Assembly: GCA_964016885.1 (NCBI GenBank)
Contig: OZ024742.1
Span: 187,674,001 to 187,738,000, forward strand
DNA length: 64,000 nucleotides
Direction of reading: 5' to 3'
From: Eledone cirrhosa
Taxonomy: Eukaryota
In this document: positions 41,123 through 54,376 of the stretch, piece after piece
Position numbering within the stretch: position 1 is the first letter of the stretch
Layout of the letters: the number at the start of each line of letters is the position of its first letter
Position numbers and translations under genes: made by a program
Notes under the pieces: model-generated
Told to the model about the DNA's origin: nothing
What the model saw: the letters and a program-made list of their open reading frames with translations, nothing else
Databases searched by the model: none

Positions 41123-43370
41123 ATGGAATTCTTAAACTTCCCGACTTCCCTCAAAGATACACCCATACCTTCAAATGAAGAGTACACGAGCAAAACTATA
41201 GAACAGACAAACTCTTTTATTAGAAAATTAAGATGGAGAGCTTTTCATTTCCAAAATAAAGATGCGAAAAGAAAAACCAACAACAATCATTTTGAATCTT
41301 TATTTAAATCAAGAAAGAATCCTCCATACAATTAACTTCTGGATGTTTTTGAAACTGAAATGCTTGGTATAATAAAAAAAATTAAATTTAGGAAAAACAC
41401 ATATATAGGCCACCAATACCTTAGAACTCTAAAAGAAAAGTTCACTGAAATAAAAAATGTTAACAAAGTATTGTTTAAATCGAACAAAACTAATAATTTA
41501 TATGGGATAAGCAAAGATGAATATAACAACTTGATTTTAAAGGAACTTAGGAAAAATTACAAAAAAGCTCCAGCTGAGGATCTTACTGAAATTAATGAAG
41601 AAGCCTACAAATTAATTACCAATTTAGGAATAGAAGGAAGAACTGAGCCATTCTTACCTAGGCAGCCGAGGATTAACTTGAAGGATCATAAAAGAAACTT
41701 TCAGGAAGAGATGCCAGTTAGACTGATTGCTCCATCGAAATCTGATATTGGAGTAATCAGTAAAAACATCATAGATAGAATATTACCCACTCTTAAATTG
41801 AGATCTAATTTGAGCTTATGGAAAGATACAAACAAAGTCATAGAATGGTGCAAAAATATAGAAGATAAGAAAACCCATAAATTCATCCAAATGGACATTA
41901 CTAGCTACTATTCTTCCACAATACCCAACCTTCGAAATAAGGCTCTTTCATATGCTTCTAAGCATACTGACATAACCACGGATGAAATCGATATAATACT
42001 AACAGCCAGAAGAACTCTTATTAACTTCAACAACGAATATTGGACCCGCTCAGATAGGGATAAAAACTTTCATATCACTATGGGGGAATCCGATTCCACG
42101 CAAATCACAGATCTTCTGGGAATTTTCATATTAAATTTGATAAATAGAAAACTGCCGGTGATTACAGGTGTTTTATATGGGGACGACATTTTATTTACGG
42201 TGGTCAAACACAACAATATAGAACTAAATAGAGTTAAGAAAAGTATAATAGAATTCTTTAAAATGTACGACCGTAAATTAAAAGTAGAAAATGGTACCAA
42301 AATAGTTAATTTCCTAGACGCTACCTTTAACTTAAACACTCGCTTCTATTACCCTTTTCATAAGCCCAATGAAAACTTAAACTATGTTAGTAACCATTCC
42401 AATCACCCTAAATCTGTAAAAAAAAAAAGCTATAGTAAATAGTGTGCAACAACGAATTAATACAATTTCAGCCAATAAACATATATTCGATGAAAACGCT
42501 GAATACTACAACAACGCGTTAAAAAGAGCAGGATATGTGAATAATATAGAATATGTAGATAATAATAATCCAAGTATTAATCTTGATAAAAATAATAACA
42601 TATATAAGAGAAAGTCTATTAATTATAATTCAAACACCCATACGCCAAATATATCGAGGATAAGAACTAGAACTAAACCAGACATATGCCCCCCCCCCAC
42701 TCTGCTTTTGTCGCAGTTAAAACACCAATCGCCAAATTATTCTTTAAAGCTCTTGACACCTCTTTCCCTACTCAGCATAAATACCATTCCATTTTTAATA
42801 TTCATACCATTAAATTCTCGTATTCTATAACCAGTAACATGGCTCAAAACATCGCCAAATTAAAGCCTAACATCCTAAAACAAAACCAGCATAAGGATAT
42901 TAATAATAGAGTTAACATAAATGATACTAAACCAAAATGTAATTGTAGAAATAAAACTGATTGCCCTTTGCAAAATAATTGTTTAGATAGTAATTTTGTT
43001 TATAAATGCACCGTAAAAACTGATCACAACACATACAACTACACAGGATCGACTTCTTCTACATTTAAAGCCAGATTTCTCGAACCATAAATGCTCATTC
43101 TCGAACTCAAAGAGGAAATCATCCACTTCTTTATCACAGCTCATATGGTCATTAAAAGAGAAGAATTTATAATACTCCATTCTTTGGACAAATCTTCGGA
43201 ACTGTGGAGTTTATCACAACTCTAGTATATTAAATAACTGCGCACTATGTACAATGGAGACCCTGTTGATTATTAATAACTACGAGACCCTAATTAACAA
43301 GAAAAGTGAATTATTCTCTAGTTGCTTCCATAAACCTACCTCCACATTCTTAGCCTCCCACAAAACGTGA
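41123..43370 (+). pseudogene. PLE RT/GIY-YIG polyprotein with stops and frameshifts
   Basis: SLKDTPIPS..FIRKLRWRAFHF, INLKDHK..PVRLIAPSKSDIG, QMDITSYYSS, ITMGESDS, LYGDD, NFLD, SNHP, CNCRNKTDCPL..FVYKCTV..YTGSTSSTFKARF, CALC..SSCFH. Confidence 0.92.
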
Positions 43371-43578
43371 AAAAAAGAGAGAGAAACAATAAACCATTTA
43401 AAAACTTGGTTGACAGACGTAATAATAAACAAGGAAAAACTTTAGTGGCCTTTAATATTGCACTATCTTATAACTATCTATAGAAGAAATAGCGCTCGAG
43501 TGAAAGACATGCCGAAACATTGATACACATAACATTATCTTCTTAACATTATTTCATAACATTATTTCTTTATTTCTC

Positions 43579-43764
43579 GGGCGGTGGATTGGCAGTATCG
43601 GTAGAGAGTCGGACGCCATGCTTTCCAGCATAGTTACGTCCCTTTACGATCTGAGTTCAAATCCCGCCGAGGTTGACTTTGCCTTTCATCCTTACAGGGT
43701 CGATAAAATAAAGTACCAGTAATACACTGGGTATTTGCTGGCCTTGTGCCTAAAAGTAGAAACA
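43579..43764 (+). mobile_element. Full-length SINE family A with 18-bp target-site duplication
   Basis: TSD ATTATTTCTTTATTTCTC at 43561-43578 and 43765-43782; absent from the left arm. tRNA-like A/B boxes; the core resembles the Nin/Deu SINE domain (inference). Confidence 0.95.
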
Positions 43765-44972
43765 ATTATTTCTTTATTTCTCTATCCTTATCTTCCTATC
43801 TAAGTTTTAAATCTGAGTTTTATATCCAAACCTTACATCTTTACTGAACTGTGAATTGTTTATGCCTTTATGATCTCTTATTTATAATATGTATGTCATT
43901 ATATTTTCAATGTTTTAAATATACCTACCGCATTCTTATATCCATGATTCAAATATAGAGCAAATATCCAAATTATAAATTATTATAAACATTATTTTGA
44001 ACTATGAATTATTCATGCATTCATTATTGTTTTTCTTATATATTTTATGTATTTAACGTTAACACGTAGAACTTTATTATATAAAATTATAACAGTTATC
44101 ATTTACCTAAATATCACTAATACCTAATATATATCCGTATATAACTCCCTGTATCTTTCTATACATAATTTTCAGTTAATTTCTAAATTTCTTGATTATT
44201 TTTACTTTGAGCTAAGAATAATTAATACATTTACACCCGGTTATATATAGGTATATATTTAACTTTAACATGCCTCAATCTATTATTTTATTTTTATTTT
44301 CGTTATCATTTACCTAAAATATACTGGCTCATTAATTAATATATATCTATATACATCACTGTTATTTAAATATTTCTAACAATAAGTACTTCAAAAGCTT
44401 TACATTCCTAATACGTTGACAATGATTATCTATATTAAAGATTACATTTAGGAAAATATTCAACAGTGTAAATTTCCTTACTGATGGCCAACTAAATCCT
44501 TTAAATCTTATCCTCAAAAAAATTGAGAAGCTTAGAAATATTAACACACTTATAAAATTTACAAAACTAATATATAAATAACCACCAATTTAAAAAAAAA
44601 ACCCTAAAATCTTGATTCTTCACCCAAAGATAACATAAATTAAATATTTTCAAACTTAACCGTTTAACTTTCGGAAAAAAATCTCTTTCTGCATACATTA
44701 CCCACCTCATCTTTCCCTCTCTTTTCCAATGTCTCTCACTGACTGTTATAATTCATGAAATGCTTTCCTAGATAAATTGTAGTATCATATATATTAAAAT
44801 CTAGATAACTGGTACATTAAGCAACGTTTTTCTTACTCACACATTCTCTATTTAATTTATTACGTTTTCCCATTTTCTCATTATTAGGGTCTAAATGTTA
44901 AATTTTCTCTTAGGTTAATCACTACCTTGATTAAATCTTAACGATTTAACATCTCAGGGTATGTCATGTATC

Positions 44973-45035
44973 ATTATATTTTGTCTGATGAGGCCGTACT
45001 GTTGTACATGCGAAATATGTATAATAAAATGTAAT
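44973..45035 (+). ncRNA. Type I hammerhead, stem II damaged
   Basis: Copy of 37802-37864, but stem II reads GGCCGTAC..GTACATGC, losing two pairs. Confidence 0.7.
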
Positions 45036-45070
45036 TGATCAAAAGAACATCTATTTTATTAATATTTATA

Positions 45071-45122
<52 letters not shown>

Positions 45123-45801
45123 CTTGCATTGTAACATTTTGACTTCCATTTCATAAACTAGCCAGAATTTGTAAAAAAAATTTAAGCGCAAATAATAAAG
45201 ATAAATAATTAAAAAAGGAATCAAAACATATTGCTACTTCAAATATTAGGATTTCACTGTAGACCAACAACGTGTTTTTTTTAAACCCTTTAGAAACTGG
45301 CACGACGCCATGTTGGTAAGGATGTGAAATATCTTGAAATAACCTCACCTATATTTTCCTTTGTCACTCATTTCTATTTTGTTTCATTGTTTTTGTTTGT
45401 ATTTCATGGAATTATATTGACTAATATCAAAAAGACAAAAGAAATCGATATATCTATATTGTATCATATTTGCTACAGCCTTTGAAGATTTCGTGTTGTA
45501 TGGACATTGTAAGCCAAATGTATAGAAACACAGACTTGCATTTACATATATACAAAACGTGTCAACATGTATATATATATATATATAGCTAAATAAATAA
45601 ATACATATATATATATAACTATATATATAAATCGCGTCAACATGTACATATAGTTATAGAAATTGCGTCAACATGTATATACATATATAGAAAATGCGTC
45701 AACATGCATATAGGCACACAGTAATCCAATCAACATGTATACGTATATATATACACAAAACACCTCAGCCTATACATATATATGTAGAAAACGCATCAGC
45801 C

Positions 45802-45864
<63 letters not shown>

Positions 45865-46108
45865 GTAGAAAACGCGTCAGCCTATACATATATACGTAGA
45901 AAAAGCGTCAATATGTATACATATATGCATAAAAAATGCTTCTACATGTACATATATGTACATGCAAAATCATCAACGGCCATGCCCACAAATGCAGACA
46001 CGTCAAGGGTCATATATATATATATGCAACGGCCATGTATATACACAGCAGAAAACACTTAGCTTCCCAGACCATACACAATGTGTGTGTATAAAATATA
46101 TGTGTGTG

Positions 46109-46140
<32 letters not shown>

Positions 46141-46667
46141 GGGGGGTATGTTGTTAGTTAGTTTCTGTATGCGTGCTTTCTTTCTAAGGACAACCAATTT
46201 CGAAAGGTGATCGATCAAGCAATGCGACAATAATGAAGATATATGCTAATATGAAATAAAAAAAATGTAAAACGAAATTAAATCAAGCTAATACGCCATC
46301 ATTTTTCTGTTTTCACTTAATAAAGCAAAACAAAAAATTATTGCTTAATTTACATATTCTATTAATTTACATTCCCTAAAATCTTGCGAAATCGATACAC
46401 AAAACACCGAACAGACTTCGGGTTACATAGAAAATAGTTGCTGCCTTATAGTATTGCTCTGTTTGTATCAACACGCATTCCCCAAAATTCTAAAATATTA
46501 CACGTTGTACAGAATAAACATATTTTAAGTTACGCAGAACGCAGTATAGCCGAATGTTTATGGAGTTAGTTTCGTAGTCGATATGGCAAGGTTATCCGCT
46601 TGGCATCTTGGGCTAGTGTTATTTATCAGAAGTGCGGATCGACTGTTTGTATTTTTGTAAAAGTATG

Positions 46668-47009
46668 TACACCCGGGTCTCGAATAATCTACCCCCGAAC
46701 TTGTCAAGTTTTCGGAACCCACCCTCGCTTATTAAATCCTACTAATCTCAGGCGAAATTTTATTTTAAGTGGTAGCATTCCTGTGACAATAAATTGTCTT
46801 TATACATTACAAAACTATGTATATTACTAGAAATCGCATATCTTATAAAATAAATATGATGGATTGGGTTCTAAATACGTAAACGAAACGAATAATTCAA
46901 GTTTTTGTAAAAAAAAAAAAAATGAATGGAGACAACTTAGAAATATTACCCATTTTCCACAACCCCTCCCGCTAATTGCCCCTCCCCTATTATTTGGGAC
47001 CCGACAGTA
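46668..47009. mobile_element. TA-flanked Tc1/mariner-superfamily MITE
   Basis: TA-CACCCGGGTCTCGAATAAT ... ATTATTTGGGACCCGACAG-TA. Confidence 0.6.
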
Positions 47010-47954
47010 GACAGAAACAATTTGCATGAGTCTCAGAGAGACTACCTGTACTTCAGAGAACCCTCCTTGTCACACTTTGAGACTTGATGAATCTTACAGA
47101 GAATTACATTATGGGTACACGTGTTTGAGGAATGTTCGTTACTTATGCGAGCACTTCGACCCATTTATCGAACAACTATAACACATCGTCGATACCGATT
47201 GAGGTCCAACCGCTTACGTAAAGAATGTTTGTTGTTTTATAGTGATTATTGTTCCCATGGTTTATTTATTGGTCGTGAGTTCAAATCTCATAGCATTCTG
47301 TGTTTGGTTTTCATACATTAGTTCTTCATACGTTTGGTTAATAACATAAAGAATAACGGGGAACGCCTTCTCAATTCTGTCCGGCGCTTCCGCCATTTGC
47401 TCATAATACTGAGAGATAGGGAGAGCGGGAAAAACGGGGGCAGTGACAGCGGGAGTTTGGTTCCTTTGTGTTCGGACCTGGTGTATATGTATATGTTTCA
47501 CACACACTCATACTATGTCAATGATTAAGTTCGAAGTAAACTATATTGATGTTCTTGTAATAAGTGATGGTTGGTATTAAATATAGAAAAACAACTTTAG
47601 AAATACTTTGTTACTTTTAGACTTGATCAGTGATGCATAGTTTAACATAACTGTTAGATCTTTGGTTTACTAAAGAGATATTGATTTGAATGAATACTGG
47701 CTCACTTAATTCATGATGGAGTTGTAGGAACGCCGCTCTGACACACTCTGTTTATTTGGCATTTTAAACCTAGTACGTCCCATATATCTCCAGGATCGAA
47801 CCAGATTTCTACGGAGGAAGTGAGAAAATTAAAATGGCAGATAGATGTCTTCATTAATTTAACTCAAAGGTCTTTCACCTCAGCACAGCAAGCCCAATAA
47901 AATACCTAGCCATTTAATCTGTCATTTCGCTACCTTTAAATTAAATAATAATAT

Positions 47955-48050
47955 AATTGTTTCTACTTTTGGCATAAGGCCAGCAATTATCCCAGTGTAT
48001 TACTGGTACTTTATTTCATCGACCCCGTAAAGATGAAAGGCAAAGTTATT
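47955..48050 (-). mobile_element. SINE family A 3' half
   Basis: Core and tail match. Confidence 0.8.
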
Positions 48051-48304
48051 CCTCAATTAGCAATAACTGTATTACACCTAAATCCAGCCTGTTCAGTCTA
48101 ATATAAGTAAGCAATTGGCTCAGTCACGTCAATCGCAGACAATTTCTTAATCGAAAGAAGCAGAACTAGTGTTGCAAGTTTTTTCACCTGTCAAATTAAA
48201 TTATCTCCCATATCTAGGTGAATTATCGTGTACTTTACTACAAATAGGGTTCTTTTCCGTTATATAACGGAATAATATACAACTATTATAAACAGACAAT
48301 CACT

Positions 48305-48424
<120 letters not shown>

Positions 48425-48427
48425 TAA

Positions 48428-48710
48428 GGAATATGGCTCACGATCGTAAAGTCGTGAGTTTGATTACCGGCGAGACATTGTGTCCTGGGGCAATGCAATT
48501 TGTTTCCCGTTGTTCCATTCCACTCAGCTTGCAAAAAGGAGTTGTACCTGTAATTCGAAGTGACAGTGTTCTCTGTGTCACGCTGAATCTCCCTGAGAAC
48601 TACGTTAAGGGAACGCGTGTTTGTTAAATGCTCTGCCATTAGCACGTTAATTTCCAGAACAGGCTGTATCATTGAACACTTCTCGTCATAATCGACAGAG
48701 TGCCACTACT
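48428..48710 (+). mobile_element. tRNA-derived SINE, family B
   Basis: Degenerate B box (GTGAGTTTGATTACC) and TGTGTCACGCTGAATCTCCCTGAGAACTACGTTAAGGG; fragments also near 7500-7600, 8780-8860 and 60760-60900. Confidence 0.65.
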
Positions 48711-48967
48711 ATAATATATATATTATAGATTTTACTCCTATTAAAATAAGCATCTAGTAATCCGGGTGAAAAATATTAGATTTAACGCAGGAGAATGTTC
48801 TTTAATCAAACAACATGTTTTTGACACTATAACCTAAACTGTACTGTGTTTAACAAAGTAAACCATTATATCATTAGAAATTGTACATTTGCTTATGGGA
48901 ATCTATAGTATAATATATAGTATAATTGTACATTTGCTTATAGGAATCTATAGTATAATATATAACC

Positions 48968-49546
48968 TAAAATGACTCAACAAGTAGACAAATCAGAGAA
49001 GCAACTGAAATAGAAGTTAGGAAACCGAAGTTCGATAGAAAAAAATGAATGGAATAACAACAACAACAACGATACACAAACACACAATAGTGACCTAAGA
49101 TAAATATAAATAAATATACACAGGTACAATAACAACCACGCATGAACACACACTTGTGAGCAAACATAGAATACAAACATACACAGACTCTGGCACGAAC
49201 ACACATCAAACAGAAAACTCACACAAACGCATGCGCAAACAGACAACAATAAATAAGTAAATAAATAATAGAATAGGCATTACAATACAACGGGAAGAAT
49301 CATAATAGTACCACTGATGATGTCACAGGTGTGTCATGAAAGAACTTTGATAGACTATATATATATATATAGTTTATATTTTTAACCGTTGCTCAATCAA
49401 TGATAAACATTAATTGGCAGCTAAATTATCTATGAAGATATAAAATATACAGAAGCGAAAACCAATCGCAACCTAACAGTGAGTGTGTGTTATTATCATT
49501 TCTGGCAATATTATAACAATATGACCCTCCCCAAATATAACAATAT
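48968..49546 (+). mobile_element. 3' fragment of a PLE related to the 16-19 kb family
   Basis: DSTSRQIREATEIEVRKPKFDRK.EW aligns to DAMFRQITKAININELQPKLNRKHEW; same HHR-like motif and same terminal ATGACCCTCCC..ATAACAATAT motif. Confidence 0.7.
49305..49358 (+). ncRNA. Degenerate hammerhead-like motif
   Basis: ATAGTACCA-CTGATGA-TGTCACAGGTGTGTCAT-GAAA-GAAC-TT-TGATAGACTAT. Confidence 0.45.
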
Positions 49547-49601
49547 TTATATATATATATATATATATATATGTGTTTGTGTGTGTGTGTGTGTGTGTGT
49601 G

Positions 49602-49693
49602 GATTTTGCCTTTCATCCTTACGGGGTCGATAAAATAAAGTACCAGTAATGCACTGGATAATTGCTGGCCTTGTGCCAAAAGTAGAAACAATT
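49602..49693 (+). mobile_element. SINE family A 3' half
   Basis: Core and tail match. Confidence 0.85.
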
Positions 49694-50634
49694 ATATATA
49701 GGAATTGATAGCGTATTCTGAATTAATCGGTTTTCTTTCTGTGTAAGAGTTTAAAGTAAATGAGAATGGTAGGTCAAGTTGTTTTATTCTCAGCTCTAGT
49801 TAAGGGCTCTACGTAGTTCGTTGGTATGAGAGTCAGTGCTATGAAGAAATACTTTCCAGGCAGAAGCTTGGTTGGTAGCCATTTTAGTTGCTGAATAATT
49901 GTGGAATTGAGGGCATTTTCAAATAATGTTGATAAAATACAATGTGTGTGTGCCTCTGTGTGTGAGTGTTTGTAAAAAGCTGAAAAAATGAACTTGTTCA
50001 CCGAATGCGGGCCCTAGGCCATAAAAAAGTTGGATTACCTTGACCCACGGTATGAAGAAGAGACTGACTAATACATGGTTACAATTTCAAGGAAATCAGT
50101 CTGACGTAACACCTAAAAAAACCCCTAAAAACCCCCCAAAACGCAGTTTTTCACCTAATGCGGGCCCTAGGGGATCAAAAAGTTTAATGTTTTATGTGCA
50201 AAATACTCCCTGTCACGAAAGTAATACACATGTAAAGTTTGAAAAAAGTCGGTTGGGTACTTCTCGAGTTTTAGGGATTCAAACTCACACACACACACAC
50301 ACACAGACAGACATCCTCATGGAAGTGACGTAACTTAGACATCAGACATACAGAAAGATATTATAAGGGTGCGACGTTATATGTATAAATCTATCTAAAA
50401 AGAGAAAGACTAAGAATTATAGAGAGAGACGCTAAATCCACCAATGCCGTCCCTTAAACAGCATTGTACCTTTGAAATATGTATAATAAAATATATATTT
50501 TGATTATGAGAATATTTTTCATCATTAACATTTTGAATAACATTAAATACTCCAGTAAAATCCACTGTCGAGTGCTTCTAATCTATTGTAAAATTGTATT
50601 CGTTGATCAATCAACGAACCATATTAATCTTTGG

Positions 50635-51328
<694 letters not shown>

Positions 51329-51687
51329 TATATGTGTGTGTACACGCGCACACGCACACGCTCACACATACACACACACACTTACACACACACAGATACA
51401 CCACACCACACACACACACACACACACTGTGTAATATGTATTGGTATAAACATGTTGGCACTAATATCGGTATTTACGTTGATTAATTTATTTAATTATT
51501 TATTTATATCATAATTTTGAAAGTAGCTTTTAGATTACTGCTATCCAGTAAGCCAATCGATTATACGTGCTGCCACTTGTCTAACAATGGAGCGTCTGTG
51601 TCTCTAGATTCATCAATAGTTACTACGTTCGAAGATCTCCAATGTATCATAATTTACTGAAACTCAGTCTCAAACACACATACTCAC

Positions 51688-51766
51688 GCCACGCGTCATC
51701 ACAGTTTATAACGTATAACGTCCACAGGCAATAAATTACTAAGCTTGAGACTATAATAAAAGACAT
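51688..51766 (-). CDS. Candidate first coding exon encoding a signal-peptide-like sequence
   Basis: MSFIIVSSLVIYCLWTLYVINCDDAW followed by a consensus phase-1 donor C|GTGAGT, in non-repetitive sequence; no downstream exon identified. Confidence 0.3.
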
Positions 51767-52390
51767 TTGCTGATGATGCTGTTGTCCGATTGATCCTGGT
51801 AGCAGGTGGCTGTGAAGTGAACCATGTAACCCCAAGGAAAACCATGTAACCCCACGCAAGATATTTAGAATTGCTATTTCTATCAACAAACTATGTTCAG
51901 TACATCATTCTTAATGTCTATCTTATACTTGATTTAAGTATTTTCAATATTACTTGCATTGTATGCCATGTAGTTTTTCTTAATGGATTCGTATTTCTGT
52001 CTGTTAAGATTTGACTAAGCTCTGTCTCTGCAAGTCTTGTTATTGTTTACTGAGAACACCTGACACAGTTGAAAGTAGAGATTTTCTGCTCAGCTTCACT
52101 AGTGAAACCATCCACGTTTTCATTTTATTTTTATAAGAGACATGTATGAATTGTTAAACTAACGAGACTAGAAAAGCATATATAATTTTAGTGTTTATAG
52201 CAACAATCAATGGTGGCTTAAATCTAGTTAGTTCAACTTGTAATCTATATTAAAACATATTTTAGGTAATGTATGACATGTTTATCTTGTAATGAACCGT
52301 TGTATTATGAGTCATATACATGAATGAATAATTCGTAGCAGAAACTCAAATAGGAGTTAGAATCCAAGGTAAAGTTTTGTTTGCTATATA

Positions 52391-53172
52391 CGAGGTGTGT
52401 CAGAAAAGGAAAATTACTTAGCGTGCTATGCGGTGTGCGTCACTGTGTGACGTAATATCCAGGGAGTATATACCTGTGATCTCATCTCTCTGCATCCATT
52501 GTGTGCGTTTGTTAACAGTTCATACATTTTATGCCGTCGAGTGAGAGACACAGAAAAAGGAACCAGCCAGATGTTTCTCGTCCGACTGGGAGCTGGGAAA
52601 ACCTCCGGCAGAAGTACTCGAATGCTGCAACGAGTGTAGTGGACGAGCCGATGTTGCGCTCATGGGTTTTGAAATACAGCAAAAGGTGGAAGACGACCCT
52701 AGGATCGGAAGGCCTACAAGGAGCAAGACTGAAGCCAAAATTGAGCGACCGTCGCCTGACTGTTCGACTGATCGCAAATGAGGTGGGCATGAACTGCGAC
52801 AGCGTTAGGAAGATTATCACTGAATATTTGGGCATGCGGAAGATCTGCGCGAAGATGATGCCAAAGCTGGTGAACGATGACCAGAAGGACCGGCACAGGC
52901 ATGTGTGCCTGGACTTTCTCGAGCGCCCTGAAACCGTACCAGAGTTGCTGGGAGAATCATCACCGGTGGTGAGTCATGGATCTTCGAGTACGATCCGTTT
53001 TCCGGACATGGAAAATATCAAGAAGGCCGTGACGACGAAACTGCGAAGAATGCTCCAGGTGTGCATGAGGGCGTGGTGGTGGTGATGGGTATTTCGAAGG
53101 GTAAAACTTGTAGATTTTAGTTGAAATATTATTTTGGCGACCCCATTCCTCTTTCTATTCTGACACACCTTG
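52391..53172 (+). mobile_element. Internally deleted mariner transposon
   Basis: TA-CGAGGTGTGTCAGAA...TTCTGACACACCTTG-TA; remnant DRRLTVRLIANEVGM..IITEYLGMRKICAKMMPKL..QK (HTH plus WVPxxL-like motif); most of the catalytic domain is missing. Confidence 0.9.
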
Positions 53173-54278
53173 TATGTGCCATCAAGGACTTAATTGACTG
53201 AGACATGGAAACTCACGCACGCACGCACAAACGCATCCCCCCCTCCCTACACACACACTCAAACTCACCCACTCACTCTCATATTTCTTGTATATAAAGA
53301 GCAAGAATCAACCTCCGCACTCCAAATGGGTATGTCCCTCATGTGTAATACGAACTGTGTTAAATCCTTCAGAAGCAACGTTGTGAATTCAGTCTCTGTC
53401 CCAGGCTCCGTGTCTCGACAAGCGAAAGGCCGCAATGCGTTTATTGTCAACCAAATAGAGATAGAAGCACCTAGTGTGTTGGATCTCCGAACCACCTCCT
53501 TACTGTGTTGGAGATAGCAATTACCATCCACAAGAAGGACTCCCTCGAGTTGGACTGGTTAATTTAGTATCAAATTAGTTAGGATCAACCTAGCCGCAAT
53601 TGTGTTCACTAGGACCACGATGCAACATCCAGTTGAAGTTTTACAAAGCACGAAGATTGAAATGTTATTTAACAAAGAGTTTTTATCGAAAGTGGTTTCC
53701 AGTGTGACCGAGATGTACTTTCTCTCCGTGCAGGATATGCAGTCTAACTAACAATGTATATTGAGAGAGCAGTCACTTGGTATGCATAACCAAAGGTCTT
53801 TAACCAATATAAATTAATCTGCAATTATAGCAAGACACTGTTACAGGGTGCTTGACGCATTTTCCCACGAGCAACATACAGTGTGATAGCCGTCACTTGA
53901 TATTTAATAATTTCATTCTGGGAGAAGGCTACTTATAGAATATATGTGTAAAATATTCCTCCCTAATGACACATATATTGCAAACTAGCGACATTAATAA
54001 TATAGCAGCTGTGACCAAAGTACTTTCAATGTAAAACCAATTACCAGTAACACAGTTATATCAAATCATTTAGTCCTACTTATATTTACTGCCCATGCAG
54101 TATAGATTATAATAGCTTATTTGAATTTTAAGTACTCACACCTGAGATATGATTGCATTTTTATATTTCTCTTATTTTTATTTCAGAGTTCATTTAATTT
54201 ATTGAGAGCGGATATTACTGTGTGCGTGTGTGTATAGATATATGTATATATTTATATGTATTTGCACACACATACATG

Positions 54279-54376
<98 letters not shown>

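Larger units (their letters stand above)
41100..45078 (+). mobile_element. Penelope-like element with complete ORF span, right arm of the palindrome
   Basis: ORF from 41123, long AT-rich 3' UTR with an HHR, ending in (TA)n. Confidence 0.95.

Noticed and set aside
49990-50330. Possible Helentron/DINE-like non-autonomous element with repeated AATGCGGGCCCTAGG
   Set aside because: Probably a repeat, but its termini could not be defined well enough to classify.
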